Source: Hyphochytrium catenoides
Lineage: Eukaryota; Protista; Hyphochytriomycota
Direction: 5' to 3'
Assembly (NCBI GenBank): GCA_900088475.1
Contig: FLMG01000390.1
Coordinates: 1 to 57,116 of the forward strand
DNA: 57,116 nt
Shown here: positions 52,397-57,116 of the stretch, one piece after another
Numbering within the stretch: position 1 is the stretch's first letter
How the letters are laid out: each line of letters begins with the position of its first letter
The notes under the pieces: generated by a model
What the model saw: only the letters and a program-made list of their open reading frames with translations
Databases searched by the model: none
What the model was told of the DNA's origin: nothing
Position numbers and translations under genes: made by a program

Positions 52397-52738
52397 CTTT
52401 CTCATAACACAGGTGTACCCGTAACGTCTATGTCCCTGAGAGCTAGGTGTGTCTAGAGAGTGACAACGAACATTGGTAGCACTCAACATTGTGGTCCTGA
52501 TGTGCGAGGATTGGTCTACTTATTAGTGGAAACTGAAGCTCCTGTAAGAAGTAGTAAGAGATGTTTTCTGCATGTTTGGCTCCGGTCGAAAGTGAGATAC
52601 ACTCTGCCTCAGTGGTTGAAGAGCCCACTATGTCTTGCTTCTTAGCCTTAAACCACCGGTCTCTAGAGTAAGAAAATAGCCAGAGATGGATTTCCTGTCG
52701 TAGATCATTCGCCCAATCTGTATCTGTGAAGAGTTGTA

Positions 52739-52993
52739 TGTTGAACTGTGATCGATGCTGAAACCAAAAAGTGTACAGCGGACGACGCAGAGGGGAAAAT
52801 CCCTGGTATATAAAGAAAAACGGAGATTAGTCAAGAGTACGTTTGGTGTATGGTGCATACTGGTTAGGGTGTCGGCATCAAAGACAGAGGTCCTGGGTTC
52901 AAATCCCGGAGCGTACAAAACTTTTCTCCGGTATATCCAGACACCCCCCAATATTAATTCAAAGTGCTCACCATCAAATGATAAAATCTAACA
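52739..52993 (+). mobile_element. Solo LTR-like element (family A, ~255 bp) containing a tRNA-like cassette, copy 1
   Basis: Ends TGTTGAAC...ATCTAACA. Flanks TTGTA / TGGTA (5-bp TSD with one mismatch). Interrupts the Copia between RT and RNase H; host protein motifs resume on the other side. Confidence 0.85.
52837..52917 (+). tRNA. tRNA-like sequence resembling tRNA-Pro(AGG), with a degenerate or intron-like anticodon arm, inside the LTR
   Basis: Acceptor stem GTACGTT/AGCGTAC, D-arm GTGT-ATGGTGC-ATAC, TTAGGGT, variable loop AGGTC, T-arm CTGGG-TTCAAAT-CCCGG (box B). TATATAAA ~30 bp upstream and TTTT just downstream. Confidence 0.7.
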
Positions 52994-53790
52994 TGGTAGT
53001 GTTCGACTCTGATTGTTGTCTGGGGGTTGATGTTCCTCCTAGACGTAAGTAGTTAGTAGTCCTTTTCAGATATCTCAGAATTCGCTTAACTGCAGCCCAG
53101 TGTATCTGCCTATAGGTGGTCATATGCTGGCTAATTGCTTTTACTGCAAAGGCCATATCCGGGCTGGAGGGCTACCATTTGCATAAGACTGCAACAGAAT
53201 TTCTGTAGGGTACTTTTCTTCAGAAGTGAGAGTAGAGATAGAGTCTGCCTTGGGCAACTTGTCACCAGGAGCACCGGGCGTACTGACTGGGTTACAATTC
53301 TTCCATCCCGTAGCGCTGTAGGAGGTCTAGGAGGCCGTCCGCACCAGAAAAGTCGGCTCTTTTCCAATGGGTCAATGTTAGGCTTAATAGGGTTTAGGCC
53401 CTATCCAATACCCCCAAAATGGCGGCGGTCTTGATATCACATGGTGCACTTCTAGATTGAGCGTGGCAGAGAGAGAAGACAGCGCACAGTGTCGTGTCCA
53501 ATGACTGGGGCAAAGACCTCTCCAGTGTCAATACCTTGCTTTTGTCGATTGCCAAGAGCGACCAGACGACTCTTGTAGTTCTACTTGTCGCGGAACCGTC
53601 GCTCTGTAACTTGACTCTAAAGACCCACTGACAGCCGATGACATGTGCGTCTGGCGGTGGAGGCACTAGGTCGTAGACCTCATGAGCCTGCAGACGTAAG
53701 CTCGGAGGTAATGACGGCTAACCATTCTGTAGCTGAGGTCCAGAGAGCCCTTCGCGTACTGTCCTTGGTTCAGAGACATGGAGAAGATTG

Positions 53791-54046
53791 TGTTAGATTT
53801 TATCATTGGATGGTGAGCACTTTGAATTAATATTGGGGGGTGTCTGGATATACCGGAGAAAAGTTTTGTACGCTCCGGGATTTGAACCCAGGACCTCTGT
53901 CTTTGATGCCGACACCCTAACCAGTATGCACCATACACCAAACGTACACTTGACTAATCTCCGTTTTTCTTTATATACCAGGGGTTCTTCCCCTCTGCGT
54001 CGTCCGCTGTACACTTTTTGGTGTCAACGTCGATCACAGTTCAACA
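53791..54046 (-). mobile_element. Solo LTR-like element (family A) containing a tRNA-like cassette, copy 2, inverted relative to copy 1
   Basis: Reverse complement of 52739-52993 with about seven differences, all outside the tRNA-like core. Inserted just upstream of the Copia EPRT motif. TSD is degenerate (CAACA/CAATC on minus). Confidence 0.85.
53867..53947 (-). tRNA. tRNA-Pro-like sequence, identical to 52837-52917
   Basis: Exact reverse complement of the copy-1 cassette. Confidence 0.7.
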
Positions 54047-55507
54047 TGTTGGCCTGATCTAATGGCAAAGAGAGAGAGACTTCCCGTACCAGTCTATCCG
54101 TCATAGGACCGAGTGAAGGGGTGGTCGCGGCAGGTGGGGAGGGAGAAGAATCTGCGGGTGGGTCTTCATCGTCCCCAACCTCGGTGTCGCTTGTCTTTAA
54201 GGAACTATCTCTCGCTTTGCTGCGATCTGGTGCCGACGCTGGGGAGCCAATGGCATCTGCTGCACCTGCTGTCCCGAGCGAGCGTGCACTTTGTCCTTCC
54301 TGTCTCACTGCTGCCTCTTCTTCAGCACCTAGTGGTCCTGCTATTCAAGTGTAGTTGGTTCTTCGCTCGCAATTATTGGGAACAGGGAGACATAAGCATG
54401 AGGCTTTCAATAGAAATGCACCCGAGCGAGACTCGTCACTAATCACATCACGCCGCACCCTGCAGAAAAGATATACCCAGAGCTCCATGCATCAAGCTTC
54501 TTGAGCATCGTCGACGGCTTCAAGGCATACGCAAGTGAACCAAAGACGCGTAAATGGCCAACATCAGATTGCTTCCCGTACCATTTCTAGTACGGAATAG
54601 AGCCAGCGAGAGAGCCAGTGGGGCAGCGGTTTGACGACGTGAACAGCAGAGGCCAATAATGCATCTGCCCAAACGAGGCTAGGCAGCTCAGCAGCAATTA
54701 AAAGGCATCTCGTCGCTTGCATGACAGTTCTCATCAAACGTTCACAACATCCGTTGCTAGAGGGTGAATAAGCAGGTAAAGGTGAGTGCAGGAATGCGCG
54801 GCGAGAAAAGACACTGCGAGCAGCGTCGCTAATGAACCCTTCCCCGCGATCGGAGCGAATCTCCTTGACACACTGACACGTCTGGTTCTCCTCCATAAAG
54901 AGAATAAGCTCCTCCAGCTTCCTTTCTGCCTCTGCTTTGCTTCAAATTCAAAAAAATTCCACAAAGCACCTCAGCGAGTGATCATCTACAACGAGTAGAA
55001 AGTATACATAGCGGGCTTGGTAGCTACGAGTATTGACAATGCCGACGTCAACGTGCAGAAGTTCAAGCAGTCTTGTTGTTTTGCGAGGCTGAGTGTGGTA
55101 AGGCTTACGTAATAGCTTGGCTAGGTAGGATGCAGGTCTCACAGAGGCACGGCTGTTGACAAGCTCTATCAAGGGCTATACCCGAAGCCTATACGGCTAG
55201 TCTTTGGATATCTGTATTATTGAGATAACTAAGTCGTTTATTTGTGCCACAGGGCGGTAGGCCCTTGCGTGCTCGTAGCTGCGGCTAGTCTTGGAGAAGA
55301 GTCACTTTGGCCCCGTGCATCGGCAGTGTCCGAGGAGTAATAAGCGGTTCCATTATTGGTCAAACCAATACCCCTCACTTGTTCTTGTGAGTTTGACTTT
55401 GCAATGTCCTTGACCAATGAAGGACTGAGAGTGTAAGCTCCATTTGAGGTAAATAACAACACTGCTTCACCAGAGGAGTCTTGGATGTATTGTCCAATAG
55501 AGAGAAG

Positions 55508-55628
55508 ATGTTGGAGTCTGAGGGCACAGCTATGTGGACTACAAGCTGGCAAGCGTAGCCACCCAAGTTTCAGCTCCAAACTCCCGGTAGAAGCCGAGAT
55601 ATGAAGGAAACGAAATGTCCCTGTTTAT
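55508..55628 (+). mobile_element. LTR family B, short-form 5' fragment, truncated
   Basis: TGTTGGAGTCTGAGGGCACAGCTATGTGGACTACAAGCTGGC...AAATGTCCCTGTTTAT matches 52119-52240 and 56425-56545. Confidence 0.8.
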
Positions 55629-55800
55629 TGCGAGCCCGAAGGGTGAGGCTCAATTTCAACCCACAGCAGGGGCTTCAGCACAAATGGACTTTTTCGTGTT
55701 TTGAGTGTGTGTGTGTGTGTGTGTTTTTGATCAAAATTTCACTATTTGCTTTTTCACTAATCACTGTTTGGGCTTTTTCTTTGGGTTTGGGTCTTTGTTT
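55624..55800 (+). mobile_element. Possible Helentron/DINE-like non-autonomous element end
   Basis: TTTATTGCGAGCCCGAAGGGTGAGGCT hairpin motif (25/27 identical to the reverse complement of 6131-6157), followed by a (TG)n microsatellite; truncates an LTR at a T-run. Confidence 0.35.
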
Positions 55801-56341
55801 GTGTATTTTGGAGATATAAAAGGGATCAGAGAAGAAGCGAAAGGGTTTGTATGAATATAAACCGAATTTGTAACGCGAGACGTATCACTATAAACCGAGA
55901 CACATCGCGTGAGTCCCGACGAATCTGTGTTGTAGCATCATTTTACCTAAGACGCATCACCTACTATTCTGTCTTTTTAGCGGTAGGAGCTGAGGGTGGA
56001 GGTGACATGTCACGCGACTCCTGCAGCGGTCGAGAGTTGAGAAAGTTTCGCCATTCACTCACTCAGCCACTCACTCACTATTCTCCTGTAGAGAGCGTGG
56101 GTGAACGAGTAGGGGAGATCCTTTAGAGAGTGGGCCAGCCTATCTAGGAATATCGATAGAAGAAATGAAGAGCTCCTACAAGTAGTGTTACGAGTACAAG
56201 AACTTGTACGACTAAATCAGTGGTCCAACATGTTATAAAGGAAACAACATCTCGCCAACCTCGCTGTTCATCGTACATCGAGAAATGTGTGCAACGGAAA
56301 CCCAAGAACCAAGCAATCTCTTTCTACCGGGTCTACAGCAT

Positions 56342-56759
56342 GCGGGGAGGTGTTGAATGTTCAGCTTCGACACTTCACAATAGGGGAGTTTGAGCTGGGG
56401 GGAGGTGTTGGAGTCTGAGGGCACTGTTGGAGTCTGAAGGCACAGCTATGTGGCCTACAAGCTGGCAAGCTTAACTACCCAAGTTTCAGCTCTAAACTCC
56501 CAATAGAAGCCGAGATAGGAAGCAAACGAAATGTCCCTGTTTATATCTATGGCTTATGGTCAGTACCCCAGGATACCTCCAGAACTGACTATTCTCGACA
56601 GGGATATCTCTATAACTCCATATCTTAGGGTTATTAGGAATTGTTGGCATAGTCAGAATAGCTCTAGATTATGGGACCTCAGTTGGGCTTATAAGTGGAG
56701 CACTCTCATCTAATGACATTGTCCAATCATCCCGCATAATCCAATAGGTTATGGGCCCA
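56342..56759 (+). mobile_element. Complete Copia LTR (family B) with upstream PPT(s) and downstream half-tRNA-Met PBS
   Basis: PPT GCGGGGAGG 56342-56350; TGTTGAA at 56351; second PPT GGGGGGAGG 56397-56405; TGTTGGA at 56406 and 56425; end TCCAATA at 56746; GGTTATGGGCCCA at 56747-56759 (copia/Ty5-type PBS). Confidence 0.85.
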
Positions 56760-56948
56760 CGCATCCCCCAGGACTCGGAAACTTGTTCTGAGGCCTCTGA
56801 GTCAACCACTGGACCATTGCGATCCCGATCGAGACCAAGATCAAGTCGGCCACCTGGAGCAGCCAATGAGCTCCACTGGGCAATAACGGCTACCCGGTCT
56901 CGCCGGCGGACAAAACAAATAGCCAGTACCGGCTAACGGCACAGTCAT

Positions 56949-57116
56949 ATAGCTGCTAAAGGACTTCTAAAGGACAGATTTGATGTAAAGGACTTAGGAG
57001 AACTCCAATACTTCCTAGGAGTAGAAGTTACTAGGGATCGAAAGAATCGGAAGATTTACCTTCGCCAACGGAGATTTATTCAAGACCTCCTGAAGCGTTA
57101 TGGCATGGAAGATTGT
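56949..57116 (+). mobile_element. Copia reverse transcriptase fragment, runs off the window end
   Basis: IAAKGLLKDRFDVKDLGELQYFLGVEVTRDRKNRKIYLRQRRFIQDLLKRYGMEDC: RVT_2 C-terminal motif (F.MKDLG...FLG.E...L.Q..YI..LL.R.GM..C). Confidence 0.9.

Larger units (their letters stand above)
52489..55507 (-). mobile_element. Decayed Ty1/Copia retrotransposon pol (integrase, RT, RNase H) with stops, frameshifts and nested insertions
   Basis: In Copia order on minus: ALWHK, LELLHVDVG, YFLLVVDDHS, IRSDRGEGF, SNGCCERLMRTVM (integrase); HLRVFG; EPRT; VIGCQWVFRVK..DGS and AFAVKAISQ...HWAAVKRILRYLK (RT); LFTDTDWA..DRKSISGY and SSTTEAECISLS (RNase H). Confidence 0.92.

Noticed and set aside
52994-53010. TGGTAGTG... 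directly after LTR-A copy 1 looks like a primer-binding site
   Set aside because: TGGTA is the mutated TSD and the rest is host Copia sequence; copy 2 has no such flank.
52739-54046. The inverted 255-bp pair read as terminal inverted repeats of one DNA transposon
   Set aside because: The Copia motifs stay colinear on the minus strand inside and outside the pair, and the outer flanks share no TSD, so these are two separate insertions.
55869-56192. TGTAAC...GTTACG segment as a Gypsy solo LTR
   Set aside because: The end is not CA, there is no TSD and no second copy in the window.

Overview
Eukaryotic genomic DNA, intron-rich with GT-AG introns that are often CT/AG-microsatellite-rich; probably a stramenopile-type protist or alga (inference). 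Bases ~1-47500 are a compact block of spliced genes: syntaxin-6/SYP61-like, a UBC2/RAD6-family E2, RAB3GAP2, a FYVE protein, an ABM-domain protein, GINS PSF3, NOP16, a multi-repeat calcyphosin-like protein, a divergent NC2beta-like histone-fold protein, CPT2 and an EXS-family protein. Two TE-remnant islands interrupt it (~5900-7050, ~17900-20850). Bases ~47900-57116 are mostly nested transposon remnants around a decayed Ty1/Copia element. The most notable feature is a ~255-bp TG...CA solo-LTR-like element present twice in opposite orientations (52739-52993 and 53791-54046) inside that Copia pol. Each copy carries an identical tRNA-Pro-like Pol III cassette (TATA, box A, box B, T4). A second LTR family shows stacked PPT/LTR starts, a half-tRNA-Met primer-binding site, and a fold-back insertion built from two LTR left ends with a perfect 5-bp TSD.
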